From: Fimicolochytrium jonesii | Lineage: Eukaryota | Length of the DNA stretch: 64,000 bases | Reading direction: 5' to 3' | Assembly (NCBI RefSeq): GCF_025526975.1 | Contig: NW_026515682.1 | Span: forward strand, 620,001-684,000 | Shown here: piece by piece, positions 10,768 to 24,645 of the stretch | Layout: the number at the start of each line of letters is the position of its first letter | How positions within the stretch are numbered: position 1 is the stretch's first letter | Position numbers and translations under genes: made by a program | Notes under the pieces: generated by a model | Databases searched by the model: none | Told to the model about the DNA's origin: nothing | Seen by the model: only the letters and a program-made list of their open reading frames with translations

Positions 10768-11731
10768 TTGTCAACGTTGCCCCTCTACCGGACGTCGCCC
10801 TTACACTCGTTCACAAGCAAGAATGGACCAACAAACTCAAGCTATTGTTGCGGCTGTCGCAGCTGCTTTCGCTACTTGGAAGCGTGCTGTTACGCAAGAC
10901 ACCCAATGAGCCAAACGTTTCAGACTTCTTATGGACGCTCGCAAGAACGTGCTCGTCGAATACAAGGGCTCCAAAGCTGCCAAAAAGATCGAAGAGTTCG
11001 TTACGTCTCACAGCAACTTCCTCGAGTCTCTCACTGTCCCGGCTGTACAAGCTGGACCAGACGGTACTGGAGCTGCCAACGCCATAGCCTTTACTATGGC
11101 AGAGTACGCTCCTACGCTCACTACCTACCTCAAGGGTACTGCTCTCGAGTGGTACAATACGGCTTACGCCACCAGCGCTCCCGCAAGTTGGACAGCTTCC
11201 CAAACGGCTCTTGTTGCTCACTTTTATCCTCGCAACCTGCGTAATACTATTGAGCTCAAGCTCTCCAGGCTCAAGCTCGGTGACTCTCTCGAAAAATATA
11301 TCAAGGAGTTTCAAGACAGCAATAATGAGCTCAAAGCCGCTCATTGTCTCGATAACACTCAAGGCACCATTCCCCTTATCAATCAGATTCGATACTTCAA
11401 GGCCGGTCCTCTCAAGAATACAGTAATCGGTCATTATCTTGCTGAAGCCGTTACAAACTTCGAAGTCTCGCAGATTACTAACATCAACACCCCTATCACT
11501 CTCGATCAAGCTATTACTGCAGCCCGTCGTGCTCATGTGGCTCATGGGTTCACTGACGGCAACCAATCCAATACACCTCGTCCGATTGCCTTGGCAACAA
11601 GTCCTCGTCAACGTCCAACGACCCCTTGTCCCCTTTGTAACAAAATGGGACATTGGAGAGTTGAATGCTGGTCAAATCCCGAAAATCGACAGCAAGGCTC
11701 GCAAACCCAGAACCGACGCGGTGGTTTTTGA
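10768..11731 (+). pseudogene. Gag of gypsy family B (frameshifted)
   Basis: YLKGTALEWY; zinc knuckle CPLCNKMGHWRVEC. Confidence 0.8.
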
Positions 11732-11989
11732 CAGGGCGGTCGTGGCGCTCAAACTCCGCAGCGCAGTTGCCAACCTAATCAACAACAAGGTTCAGCCAAT
11801 CAGGTTGATGCTGGGTCACGCATCACGGAAATTCTCGATGACGCCGTCAACTCTGCAAATACTACGAATACTATTACAAATCAATCTTCGAGTTTTTCCC
11901 AAGGTCGATAGAGCCCCTCGGTAGCTCTGCTTGGGCTACAACATACGATCCTACCGATAAACGTGCCTTCAAACCACTGTCTGCTGGAC

Positions 11990-14900
11990 TCTGGGTCTCT
12001 CATTGTCGCATCGGAAACAAGTTTGCTCGTGTTCTTCTTGATAGCGGCGCAACTGGGTTATTCGTTGACAAGACATTCGTCGAAAAGCATAAATTTCCCA
12101 AGAAACGTATCAAATCGAAGCAGATATGGCTGGCCGACAAAGAATCATACATGATTCTCGACACGGTCGTTTCGGGAAAGTTAGATCTAAGGGATCTCGA
12201 ATCTCAGTCGCTTTTCTTAGTTGGACAACTTCCCTGGCTAGTCAGTAATCTGGCTTACGACGCTATTATTGGAATGCCTTTCTGGCGTTTCTTTAATTAC
12301 GCTCAACAATTCTCGATGAGTACCTTACCTATCCTTTGCTGGACCAATTACGGCCCTATACCAAACGCACCGCAGTCTGTCACCATCAAGTGCGAAAGAA
12401 CTTCAAGAAACTGGGAAGACGTCGAATACATCCCAAAACACAACAACCCTTACTTCGATGTACAACAAGATCCGGTCTATGACAAAAGACCCATTCGACC
12501 TGTTCAGATCATTAAACCTGTGGATACTCGTCCTTTACAAGCCGCACCTCATTATGTATCTCGATTCGCTCAAGCCAATGCCCTTCGCAATCCTCAAGTC
12601 GTAAGAATGACTTCCAAGCGATTCAATAAGGCTTGGCGACGGAACAAGTTTGAAAAAGACACGGTTGCCTCGCTCTTAACAAAATACCGGACGCTCCTCA
12701 AGAGCTTAAAGGAAATCCAGGACATCTCAGTGATATCCTAAATAAATACGTCAATACGCTCTTCAAGGAACCGGAAGGTCTACCTCCTGATTGCGGAGAA
12801 GATAATTTCAAGATCGAACTCACTGAAGGTGCTGAACCCATTTGGCAACCTCTTCGGCACATGAACAAAGAAGAACTCGCTGAACTCAAGAAACAAATCA
12901 CCTCGATGCTCGAAAAAGGATGGATACAACACTCCTCAAGTCCCTGGGGTGCTAGTGTCGTCTTTGCGAAAAAGAAAGATGGCGGATTACGCATCTGTTG
13001 GGACTACCGAGGTCTCAATGCCGTCACCAAGGAAGATCGCACTCCTCTACCCAATATTTCTGAGATGAGGGATCGGATTCAAGGTTGTAGATGGTTTACG
13101 CTTATCGATATTCGAGAAGCATACCATCGTCTTCTTATACGAAAGCAAGATCGAGAAAAAACGGGAATACAAACTCGCTTCGGACATTTCGAGTATTTGG
13201 TCATGCCGTTCGGGCTTACCAACGCACCTGCTGCATTTCAACATCTTATGAATAAGATCTTCCACAAAGATTACGACAAATTTCTCGCTACCTATCTGGA
13301 CGACATTTTCATTTTCTCGAAGACCTTAGCCGAACATCGGGAGCACGTCGATCGTATCCTAAAGAAACTTGAAGAACATGCCCTTTTCATTCAGCCTTCA
13401 AAGTGCGTATGGGCTGAAGAAGAACTCGAATGGTGTGGACATATTGTCGGAAGACGTTGTGTTCGCATCGCGCCCTCGAAAATCCAAGCTATCAAGGATT
13501 GGGCTACCCCAAAGTCAACGAAAGGAGTCCAACGCTTTCTCGGGTTCACGAACTACTTCCTCGACTTTGTACAAGGTTATTCGGACATCGCTCTGCCCCT
13601 ATCAAGCATTCAATTTTCGAAAGTCAAATTTCAATGGGGTCCTGAGCAACAAAAGGCATTTCAAAAGTTGCAAGAAGCGTTGATCAATGCGCCTACACTA
13701 GCAACAATCGATGAAACCAAACCGATTTACGTCTACACCGACTCATCAGGCTATGCTATCTGGCTGGATTGGACAACCTTCTGGCGATGAAACGATCCCT
13801 ACGAATCTGCCTACTCTCGTCGGACAATGGAAGAATTTACCACTGCTCCGGCCTGTGGTCTTCTTTTCTGGAAGCATGAAGGACGCAGAAACTTGATATC
13901 CTACGCACAAACAAGAGCTATTAGCTCTTGTCAAGATGTTGGTCGCCAATCGACCATATCTCATCGGTTGTTTCTTCCGATGCTTTAGCGATCACAAGGG
14001 AGTCGAATTCATCCAAACACAACCCCATTTGAGCAGAAGACAAGCCAATTGGGTGGAGAAACTACAAGAGTATGATTTCGACATCCAGTATTTACCTGGA
14101 CGATGGAATCATATCGCTGACATGCTCTCCCGCAATCCAATCTATGCGCCTCGGTGTGTAGATTGTCAATGATGTCTTGACATGCATACGCAGATCAGCA
14201 ACATGCTTGTCAACGAACCTTCCTCCAATGCTGCGACAGACGATCCACAAGACTCACCTACTTGCTCAGAAGAAGAATGGAAAAAGGCGCTATGCAAAGA
14301 TCCATATTTGGATTATATCGATGAAATTTCTCGAAAGCCCCAACACGAGAAAACTTTGAAAGAACTCCGTTATACATTCGAAAATGGATTAGTACGACAC
14401 GAAAGACGTTGATACATTCCTGAAGACATTCGCCCGGAGATTTTACGGAAATTCCATGACGAACTCACCACCGGAGGACATCTCGGTGTTAAGAAGACTC
14501 TCGCGAGAATTCTTACGGACTATTACTGGCCTACTGTACGCTCCGACGGCATCAAATACGTTGGAACTTGCAAATCCTGTCAACAATTCAAACCTGGTCA
14601 TCGTCGATATGGATTTCTCTGACTTCTTCCTATACCCTTTGGAAGATGGCACACAATCGGATTCGAAATTTTCGAAGTAGATGAAACAAACTCTTGGCTC
14701 GTCTGCATTGATTCCCTTTCCGGACGTGTGATTCTGACACCGATCAAGAAGACAATCACTGGACGCGAACTAGCCCAAGTCTTTCTAGATCATGTTTGGA
14801 AACATGTCGGTATGCCAAAAGTCTTCGTTACAGATCGCAAACCTTGTGCACTTTCCGACTTCTTCCTCGCATTCAATATTCTCCTCGGTGTAAAACACGA

Positions 14901-15660
14901 ATTCGCTACGGCTGGTCAGCAGCAAACTGACAACAAAGTTGAGCGAGCCGTCCAAACCCTGAAAAGGATTTGGAAGCAATACCTTAACTACGACAAAAGC
15001 AATTGGAAGAAACTATTGCCTTTAATCGAATTCGCATACAACACTGCTCCAAGGGAGGAATATGAAGGTTTATCGCCATTCGAAGTAGATCTCGGACGCT
15101 CTCCAATCCTCCCGGGTTGGAATCCCACTCTCAAAGGACAAGAACTCAAACTTCAAGCTGTTGATCGGAATGAAATCGAACTCTTCAAGAAAGGGCAGGA
15201 AGACATCGCCCGCATCGTACTCAAAAAACTTCAGAGATCGCAAGACCAATTTGCACATCAACACGACAAAGGTCGAACGCCAATTGCATACAAAATTGGC
15301 GACCTCGTCGATCTAAATTGACAAGGAATCAACCTAGAAGTAGATGCTCGAAGAGGACTTTGATACTCAGCTACGTGGATCGGACCATTCAAAATCATCG
15401 CACTGGGAGCACATCCTGATACCTACGAACTTGATTTATCACCATCAAAGATCAGCGGCTTCTGGCCCGTCTTTCACGTCGATATTTTACGACCACATCG
15501 CGAAGAGCAATATCCGCAATGTGCAGTTCCACAACCTCATCCGCCAATCGAAGACCGCGGACAACCTGAATGGGTTGTAGAAGATATCATCGACGAGCGA
15601 CGCGCCGTACGAAATCTTCTAGTCAAAGGGCTCGGTTATCCCGACCCTACTTGGGAACCC
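11990..15660 (+). pseudogene. Pol of gypsy family B (PR, RT, RH, IN, chromodomain remnant)
   Basis: LLDSGATGLF (~12035); VMPFGLTNAPAAFQ and YLDDIFIFS; VYTDSSGY; IADMLSR; FVTDR..VERAVQTL; EWVVEDIIDERR...PTWEP. Many stops and frameshifts. Confidence 0.92.
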
Positions 15661-16060
15661 AAATCCGCACTTCGCTGCACGCCTGCCTACAAACGATGGT
15701 GAAAAGCTCATCCACAATCTTTGTGGATACGGAGACGAACAGCATAGAGCATCTCATATCACATCACACGCACGACGCCGCAAGAACCGCTCACTATCAA
15801 TCACACCGCTGACAAAAGCAACGTAAACTACATCACATCACGCTCGGCAACGCAAGAACCGACCTTATACACACACATCACACACGACGTCGGCTTAGGG
15901 ACGCCTTTGCCTCAAACACACACATCACACAGTGCGTCAACGCTATAAAATGAACAAGTGCGTCAACACTTTAAAATGAACATGAGCTCTCCCTTTCTTC
16001 ACATATCCCTCGTAGTTCACCTCTTTTTTATTCGGCGCCCTCCTCAGGATCTGAGGGAAG

Positions 16061-16335
16061 TGTCAAGGATATCTCATCTTCACTTGTATTTCATATTATT
16101 TTTCTTTACTTCTACTTGATCCGAGACCCTGGCTGGCCACCCGAGCTCTCGGTGATACATTACATAAGGCGTCAAGCCTCACTGAAGCCACGCAAGCCCC
16201 ACTGGCAGCCTATATATAAAGCTGTCAGTCGAGCGGCCGCTGCAAAGAACTTCTTACTTTTTTCTTCACTACAATACACTGCTCTCAGCCCTCTCGGAAG
16301 GGCCCAGTATCGTCTACGTTTCCTCTGACGTTACA
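16061..16335 (+). repeat. 3' LTR of gypsy family B
   Basis: Direct repeat of 10454-10728. Confidence 0.92.
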
Positions 16336-18173
16336 GCCCTTGCAGAAATCGTGCAGTTGGTCAAGCAATCAACATACAAACTCAACTGGATCACGCAAGG
16401 ACCAAAGAAAGGCGATGTCCCTGGCTCAACGAGACGTGGCATCCATCGCCAATATCTGGCTTGGCCCCCACACGGGCTGGGGATTGGTCAGCTGAAGGCT
16501 CTTCTTAACATGGATGCTGCGGGCGTATACGAGGTGGAGGCGCTGTTGGCTAAAGCGCGTGATCCTAACCCCACTGACACCGACATGTGGTACGTCTTAG
16601 TCCACTGGGCTGGGGATGATCTGGCACAATCGACTTGGGAGCCCCTGTAAGTCCGGTTTGTCTTATCGGACAGATACGTTCCTGCTCATAGGCTCACCGG
16701 ACAAATCTCCTCAGGCGACGGCTGCATTGGACAAATATTCAAGGCTGGCAACGCTTACCAGAGCTAACCCCAGCGAACGACGAGGAATGGAACCGCATGA
16801 TGGATATGGTTGACGAGCTCCTCGGAGCTACGAGCGCCTACCAGGCCATGGCGGTGGCGGAGGTTGACATGGGCATCCTGCACTCTGATGAAGATTACGG
16901 TTCGACGGACGACGACGATAATCATGAGAGCGTCATTGAATCGGACGAGCGACAAGTCGAGAATCATCCGCAGAGGGTACAGAATCCAGTCCTGGATGCA
17001 CACCAGGCAGGAGAAGCTGCTTACGTGCAACCAAACCCGCTGCCCAATACCCCGCCCCCTTATGTGTCTCCCGGTTTCAACAACGATGTTGTACCGTATC
17101 AGTCCGATACGCAACTTGAACCATATCGGTACGTTACGGAGGAATTGTCTGCTCGCCCACTCAAACGCAAAGAATCAGCCAGCGACAAACCCGAGGACCA
17201 TAGGGGGAGGCGCCTTTTCGTCTCTCTCTCGCAATTAGCTGCCACCATCCCTCGGTCGGTCCTCGTGTTTAAACTGCCCACCATCCGTGACCTGTTGGGA
17301 TCGAACTATCAACCCAATACAACTTGGCCACCGCTCGCAAAACTCCAAGGAAGCGCCTTCCCCGGGGACGGCGAGTTATATCGGATCCTCTCCTTCTTGC
17401 AGGAGGATCGGTGGCTTGCCAACACCACTGCGGAATTGGTGATCAACGTTGTAAAGGCCTCTGAAAAGTTTCGCGAGGATGTCTGCCATGCGCCCGTGAG
17501 CTATAACCAGATTAGGAGCACACAAGTAGCAGTAAGCTTCGCGAGAGGGGTTATAAAGGTGCGGCGACTACTCCAGCCAACGCTTTGTGGCTGCGCCCAT
17601 GTTGGATGGGAATCATTTCTGGGTGGTGATGTATGACAGGATAGACCAACGCTTTCTCCTGTGGGATTCCCTGAGAGCTCGGAAAACGACGAAGAGGTAT
17701 CAGGATACTCTTGGACATTTGTCTTGGATATTGGAAAAGGTTCACGGTGAGAACTCGTACCCTTAGTTTTTTCCTCTTCCCTGAGCTTATCGGACCGATA
17801 CGCAGGAGTTAACGTGCCACACTGGCCGGAAACGTGTGTACCCACTGCAGAGGGCAAAATCACCACAAAAGCCATGCGGGCCAACAGCTCGCTTTGGGAT
17901 ATGGTTGACATCTACCCGCATACGTGGCAACAACCCAACTACGTGGACTGCGGCGTATACGCCATTATGGAGTACTTGTACCTCTTCCTTGATGGGGATC
18001 AGGCTAACCTCACATCCATTGGGCGCGATGGGAAAATGCAAACCAAAGTGCCTGTTCCAGCATTAGACACAGGGGCGGCGGTGTCGATGAGGGGCTGGAT
18101 ATATGACTTGCTTAGCCACTGCCCATCTCTTGTCGCCAAAACGCGGAAGGCAGACGCGGAGTACAATTTCTGA
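16336..18173 (+). pseudogene. 5'-truncated intron-containing gene: chromodomain + Ulp1/C48-like cysteine protease, probably transposon-encoded
   Basis: YEVEALLA...VLVHWAGDDLAQSTWEPL followed by a GTAAGT donor; DRWLANT; APMLDGNHFWVVMYD (His at 17614); FLLWDSL; QQPNYVDCGVY (Cys). Confidence 0.72.
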
Positions 18174-19089
18174 CACGAAATATATAGGAATATGCATATA
18201 ATCACATTACAGCCGTAAATGTCTGAAATTTTTTGGAAGGAGGTTCATCATGGCCGCAGCGTATCGGGTCCGATAAGCCTTACCTACCACCCATGCCAAT
18301 TGATTCCGAATATCTTGACGTCCGTGGGTGTGCGAGAGGTCAATGACTACGGTATATCGGGCCAGATAACGTGGGTGAACCCGCGTTCTGTAATCCGCGT
18401 TGCTAATGAGAATCACAAAAATCACGTTTTTCTGTTTTTGGGCGCACAGCGGAAATCAAAGGGGGGATGAGGTGGACAGGGGGATAGACATTTTTGTTAC
18501 AGCGTGCTGCTTGGGGTGGTAGAGGTCAATAAATCTTCATAATGCGGTGACCTGGGAAATACGGGGGAGAAGGAGGACCTGCCTGCAGTGACCCATCCTC
18601 CTGAGCGGACGGGGCACTGGCATCCATTCCAAGCTCGTTATGTGAATTGAACTTCTTGTGAGTGACGGGAATGGCCTGCGGACGCGTGCTTTAGCCCAGG
18701 GTCTAGTTTTGAAGTTTTGAACAGAAACGCGGTGAGTCGGTGACGCGCTTCAACAGCTGGTTTGTCAGCAGCCTTGGAAGAACAAGGAGGTTTTTCCAAA
18801 CAAGCAAAACCTTGGCATCCGTCCAGGGGAATAGCAATAAGTTCCAGACCAATGCGAAACGTGGATAGACAGAAGGCGGGTTTGTTTTTAGTGAAGCATG
18901 AAAGTCTCTTGGTGGACTCCCCAACAGTATCCTTTGTAAGCTAGTTCGGGTATGTCGTCCGGGGAGAATCTCATGGTTGGGCACAGAAGCAGTTGACCAA
19001 CGGCCTATTCTCTTGTAGCACTCACTTGTTTGGCTCCGAGTAGCGGCTTGCTGCAATAGTCCAACAAAGTCCCACCTGGATCAGCACAT

Positions 19090-22000
19090 ATGTTGCCTAC
19101 TGCAACTGACTTGATGGCGGGACGGATATACCCATCGGTCGACAACGTCGGCGGTGACTCGGAGTCTATTGACATGGACTTAGAAAACCCGCGACTTCTT
19201 CGCCCCAAGGAGCCTGGGCTCCCCCGATTATCGACGTCCCAGCTGTTCTCGTTCGCCACCTGGTGGGAGGTTGTGCTGATGTTCTTGGCAGCCCTGGCCA
19301 GCATGGGAAGCGGGTCGATCAATTTGATTGCCATAAACGCTATTGGGAGCACTTTAGCTGGACTTATGAGCGGCACAGGTCAGGGCCTGTCGGGGATTGG
19401 CGAGAAAGCTTTTCTGTTCGCTGGACTGGCGTTATACGCCTTTTGTTCCAAGTACATCAGTCGGGCTCTATGGACAATGATTGCTGAGCGGCAAGTGAAG
19501 CGGATATCTTCTCTGTTCCTCGAAAGCGTACTTCGCCAAGACATGGAGTGGTTCGATCTGTCTGATGGAGACTCCCTGAGCACGCGACTGTCAAACGATG
19601 TGCCCTTGATTAGAATCGGGCTCGGCGAAAGCGCAGAAGCACTTTTCTCCGTCGCTGGCAATATCATAGGCTGCTTGCTTGTGTCCTTCTGGAATGACGC
19701 GAAATTGACAGGGATAATCCTTTCTCTGCTGCCGCTACTCATCGGCTGCGGGGTTGTCATAGTGAAGGTGAATGCTTCTATGGCTGCGAAGAGCGGCGAC
19801 GCATATGCTAGAGCTTCCTCTGTGCCCGAACAAGCCCTTTCGGGAATCCGTACCGTGTACGCTTTTACCTTGCAGCGGAGGTTTATGGAGAAATATGAGG
19901 ACAGTCTTCGGCAGGTCGAACAAGTGGACATACGAAAGGCGATGTTCTCTGGGCTGTCCATGGGTGTCTTCAGCTGCATCTTGTTCCTCATATTTGCACT
20001 ATCATTCTACATCGGGACACATATGGTCTTGGACGGCAGGATTCCAGGGCCAAATGCAGTGGTTGTCCTCTTGGCGATGATGATTCTAGCCTCCTCGCTG
20101 ATGGATGTACCGAGAAAGCTCTCGTCCATTGCCACCGCGCAGGCAGCCGCACGTTTGATATACTACATCATCTGGAGGAAACCCTCGATCGATCGGAGCT
20201 TCAGTGAGAACAATCTGCTGAACGTTACTGGGGACATCTCGTTCAAAAATGTGAGGTTCAGTTACCCAAGCCGCCCAGACGTGCCCATCCTGCGCGGGCT
20301 CTCGGTGGATATCAAGGCCGGGCAAACCGTAGCGTTTGTGGGTGGATCTGGGTCAGGAAAATCCACCACTATCGCCCTTTTACAGAGACTATATGATCCC
20401 ACTTCTGGGGTAGTCACACTGGATGGCAAAGATGTGAAAGACATGAAAGTATCAGCCCTGCGAAAGCACATTGGTGTCGTTGGACAAGAACCGGTTCTGT
20501 TTTCCCTCACTATTCGGCAAAACATTCTCTTGGGAATCCATGGGGAAGTGTCTCCCAACGTCTTCATATCCGCCTGCAAAATGGCTCAATGTCATTCCTT
20601 CGTCACGAAGTTCCCCTTGGGTTATGATACGCCAGTCAGCCCAGGAAAGCTATCTGGAGGGCAGAAACAACGGATAGCCATTGCCCGAGCGATTTTGAAG
20701 AACCCCAAAATCCTCCTTCTGGATGAAGCAACCTCCGCCTTGGACACCACTTCGGAGCGCCTAGTGCAGAAAGCTCTAGACGCCGCTTCCGCAGGTCGCA
20801 CAACCATTGTGATTGCGCATAGACTCTCGACCATCCGCAATGCGCATGTCATCTGCGTTATGAATTGTGGGAAGTTGGTGGAGATGGGAACTCACGAACA
20901 ACTTTATTCGATGGGTGGGGAATACACCGCACTCGTAGACAAGCAAAAGCTGTCTGTGGAAGCTGAAACGGGACAACCAAAAAGGGACTATGGTGCAGAG
21001 ATGGAAAGCCACGGACAACAACCAATTTTGGAGACCGAGGAAGTTCGTGACATGTTAAAGCTACCGACCGTCACACTGGATCCGCCCGATACAATTGCGA
21101 GACAAATACGATTGAAGCTGAAAGCGGAAAGGTTGATAGGACGGCGGGAAGCAGCGCGCGAGTCGCAACGATTTTTTCGGAGGGTGCGAAAGCTTCTCGA
21201 CCCAGAGACTAAGCTTATCGTTGGCGGCACTATCGCTGGGGCCTTTAGCGGACTGGTCGGTGTTCTTGAAAATGGTTTTCTGGGGCTCTGTCTTGCAATG
21301 CTAGTCTTACCAAAGGTGTTGCCCCTTGATTCAGGTGTTCCCTGGTTTTGCGGTCATCATTTCGTTCACGATCGGAGAGGTATTGAAAGAGAAAACCGCG
21401 GATACCTGGATTAGCTACATGGGTGAGGCTTTTTCGGTCCCTTTTATGACGACGAACACAGGCTCACAGAGCTTCGGATCATAGTGCTGGTCGCCGGTCT
21501 TGCGTTTACCACGCAATGGGCTCAAAGTGCCTTATATGGAAAGGCCGTGGCACGCGCAACGTTTAGACTACGCCTATCTGTTTTCAGAAATCTTCTGCGT
21601 CAGGAGGTTGGATTCTTCGACGCAAAGGCCAATGCGCCTGGATCGTTGTGCAATCGCCTTGCAGCTGTGGAGAATGTACCACGCATGCTTACCGATATAT
21701 ACGGAGACTCGGGGCGCGTGATGTTCACAGCAATATATGGGATAGCCCTATCACTCGCCTTCTCGATGACCCTGGCCGGCATCTTGCTCCTACTTGCCCC
21801 TTTCATCATCGCCGCGGGTTACTGGCAGAGCACATCTTTGGCAAGATTTGCAGAATCAAGCAAAGAGGCGTATGAACAATCTACACAGGTTGCGATGGAA
21901 GCTATCAAAGAAGTCAAGACTTTGAAGATGCTGGACCGAGAAAAGTTCGCGGTTGAACGCTACGAAGCGTTTCTCGATAAACCCTTCCGCATGACAAAGC

Positions 22001-23096
22001 GAAATGCATTCGTGGATAGCATTGCCTACGGTCTGCAGGACACGGCATCCATGCTCACCATAGCTCTAGGCTTCTATGCGGGACAAAAGCTCGCCGACAG
22101 AGGCAGCATTGAACTATGGCAAATCATGTCGGTTGTATTGGGCATGATGACGACGATGATATCGATTTCCAGCTCGGCCGGCCTGGGCATGGCATACGTG
22201 AGAGGAAAACTCGCCTCGCAGACGGTATTTTTTGATGCCTTCAACGGTACGCAGGTTCACGACATGAAGCTAACTGGCTCTTGTGTTTGCAGACGTTTGC
22301 CATCCTTGATCGAGAGACGTCAATCGATCCCGACAAAGCCGGAATCACCCCTGAAGACTTCCGCGCCGATTTCCAGTTCTCAAATCTAGTATTCCAATAC
22401 CCGACGTCGCCTGAACCTATCTTCACGGGCATGTTCTCCCTCGCCGGTGTTGCGAATAAAAGTTTAGCCCTCGTGGGTCCGAGCGGTTGTGGAAAATCCA
22501 CCGTGATCGGCCTCCTCCAACGGTGGTATGACCCGCAAGGAGGTGCAGCTACGCTAGGCGGTACGAAGATTTCACAATACCAGCTATTGAAGGGCCTTCG
22601 TCCGCATATGGCACTGGTTGGGCAAGAACCGATACTCTTCGATCTCACCATCGGCGAGAATATAGCTTGGGGTTCTGAGGCTCCGGTCACAAGGAGCGAG
22701 ATCCAAGAAGCGGCGGGGCAAGCCAATGCTCACAGCTTCATCAAAGACCTCCCAGAGGGCTACGACACGCGTGTTGGTGAAAGAGCTCAACTGTCCGGCG
22801 GACAACGTCAACGCATAGCTATTGCGAGAAGCTTGATTCGTCGGCCCAAGCTGCTACTTTTAGACGAGGCAACGAGCGCTCTGGATTCCAGAAGTGAACT
22901 TGAAGTACAAAAGGCAATCGATAGGGCTGCTACGGGTCGGACTACCGTTACAATCGCGCATAGGTTGTCTACCATCAAGAACGTTGACCAGATTGCAGTG
23001 GTCCAGGACGGACGGGTTGCGGAGCTTGGTACCCATAATGACTTAGTAGCTCGGAATGGAATCTATGCTCAGATGTGTCGAGAGCAGAATCTATGA
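19090..23096 (+). CDS. Full-size ABCB (MDR/P-glycoprotein-like) transporter, TMD-NBD-TMD-NBD, 3 introns (~21256-21334, 21423-21483, ~22224-22292)
   Basis: GGSGSGKST / LSGGQKQRIAIARA / LLLDEATSALD / IAHRLST, then GPSGCGKST / LSGGQRQR / DEATSALD. LRQDMEWFD and LRQEVGFFD TMD motifs. Splicing restores AFSGL-VFPGFAVII. Confidence 0.95.
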
Positions 23097-24096
23097 ATCT
23101 AGCAAAATAGAGGACAAGCTCCAGACTCACGCTCGGTTTACCCCTAGCGCATGGTTTGGCCTTGTCCTGGAGGTTTCCGCGAGATCTGCTGTGTAATATT
23201 GGTTCACATGATCTTCCCAAAATCAAATGAAATGACCTCCCACATTTGATGTATAGTTCCTCTGTGCCAGGAAAGCGTTTGCGCGAGTGCATGGAAGTCA
23301 CTGCCCGATCCTACTGCCTCACCTGCGCAAGAAGTTATTCAAATGATTTTTGTGGCACAGAAGCTCTTGCAAGCCAGTTTTTCTGGAAGGTCAACATCGC
23401 TGCACGAGGAAACGCTGCGCCATGTCAATACAGCTACAATAAGGAATAGGAATAGATCAACACATTGCCAGAGAATCCCGGCGTCCTGTGTCATGTGTTG
23501 AATATGTATATATCGCTGGGTTTCTTTTGGATGGGCCAGAGCTATCCTGGCTTGTCTCTGCTCAGGATGAGGCCCCTAGCTCTCGTACATGTGGTTGGTT
23601 GCAAGGCGGGCTTTGCAAAGACGTTTTTTGCAAGACAATTGTACCCGTGCCAGGTTAAGCACCATATGTCTCGGGTAATCGGTTCTCGCCGTCAGAACCT
23701 GAACGATATTATGCTCTGGACGAGGAACGTAGTTCATGAGTTCAATGGATGAGGAGAAGGTTGTGCTTCAGGACTGCTGGGAAGACTGGTGTCACACTGG
23801 TCAGGGTAAGGTTCTTCGCCGATGTGATCTAGTATCTTTCGCATGTCGTCGATTCTCTCGTTTAGCGCAGTTATTATATCCATCTCCTTACTTCTCAATG
23901 CGTCCGGTGAGTTTCCAGGCAGGACGCTTCGAATAACCCGCTCCGCGATCCCGACCCAAAATTCCTTGTTGAAGAGAATCTGATGATGTAATTCTTGTTT
24001 CCCGGCGATACCAATGATGGAGGCGCCTTCATGCCTCTACCCAGCTTTCCTTCCCTCCGGCTCGTGTTGCTGGTCGGCGCCGACGGTTTCGCAAGC

Positions 24097-24645
24097 TCAA
24101 TCATATAAACGGCATATATCCGGGAGATACAGTTCCGAACATCCAGTGGGATGAGACCCTTCAAATGCTCGGAACTGACTGGCCATATACATAGGTGCAT
24201 CCGACTGCAATGTAGCGCAAATCTCGTACTTCACGCATAATGAAGCCACGTCGTCCGGCATATCCTTGAAACCGAACCAAGCGACCAAATCCATCGGAAA
24301 CATGCTGCATGCCATCATCTGAGGGTACCGCTTGACATTGTAGCGTATGATGCCGCACGATGAGCGTACAAGCTTTGGCGGTATGTCATCTGCCTCCGAA
24401 GCAGCCAGCACTTCCATCAGTTCCCGACCTGCGATGTGATGCCAAAGCCAAAGTAGTTGTTTCACCAGCGGTTGCTCTTCCAGAAGTAGACAGTTTCTCA
24501 CAGCTTTCGATAAAATCTCCATCGCCGCCTTCTTCCAAAAGCCGACGATCTGGGGTGGTACTGTAGGACTGACATGCTCGCTGTGGATGCCTGGGCGGTG
24601 ACGACGAATCAAAGCAACCCTCCAAACATCCCACCCCCGCCTCAA
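24097..24645 (-). CDS. Hypothetical protein or gene fragment
   Basis: 182-codon frame with protein-like composition; no motif recognised and start uncertain. Confidence 0.3.
   Translation of the reverse strand: MRRGWDVWRVALIRRHRPGIHSEHVSPTVPPQIVGFWKKAAMEILSKAVRNCLLLEEQPLVKQLLWLWHHIAGRELMEVLAASEADDIPPKLVRSSCGIIRYNVKRYPQMMACSMFPMDLVAWFGFKDMPDDVASLCVKYEICATLQSDAPMYMASQFRAFEGSHPTGCSELYLPDICRLYD

Larger units (their letters stand above)
10454..16335 (+). mobile_element. Ty3/gypsy chromovirus family B, full length but decayed; no TSD
   Basis: 275-bp LTRs TGTC...TACA at 10454-10728 and 16061-16335; PBS TGGTAGCACC; PPT GAGGGAAG; gag-PR-RT-RH-IN-CHD order. Flanks CTTTG and GCCCT differ. Confidence 0.93.

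Noticed and set aside
15760..15985. CA-rich and short duplicated motifs in the gypsy-B 3' UTR
   Set aside because: Ordinary retroelement UTR slippage repeats; no further structure seen.
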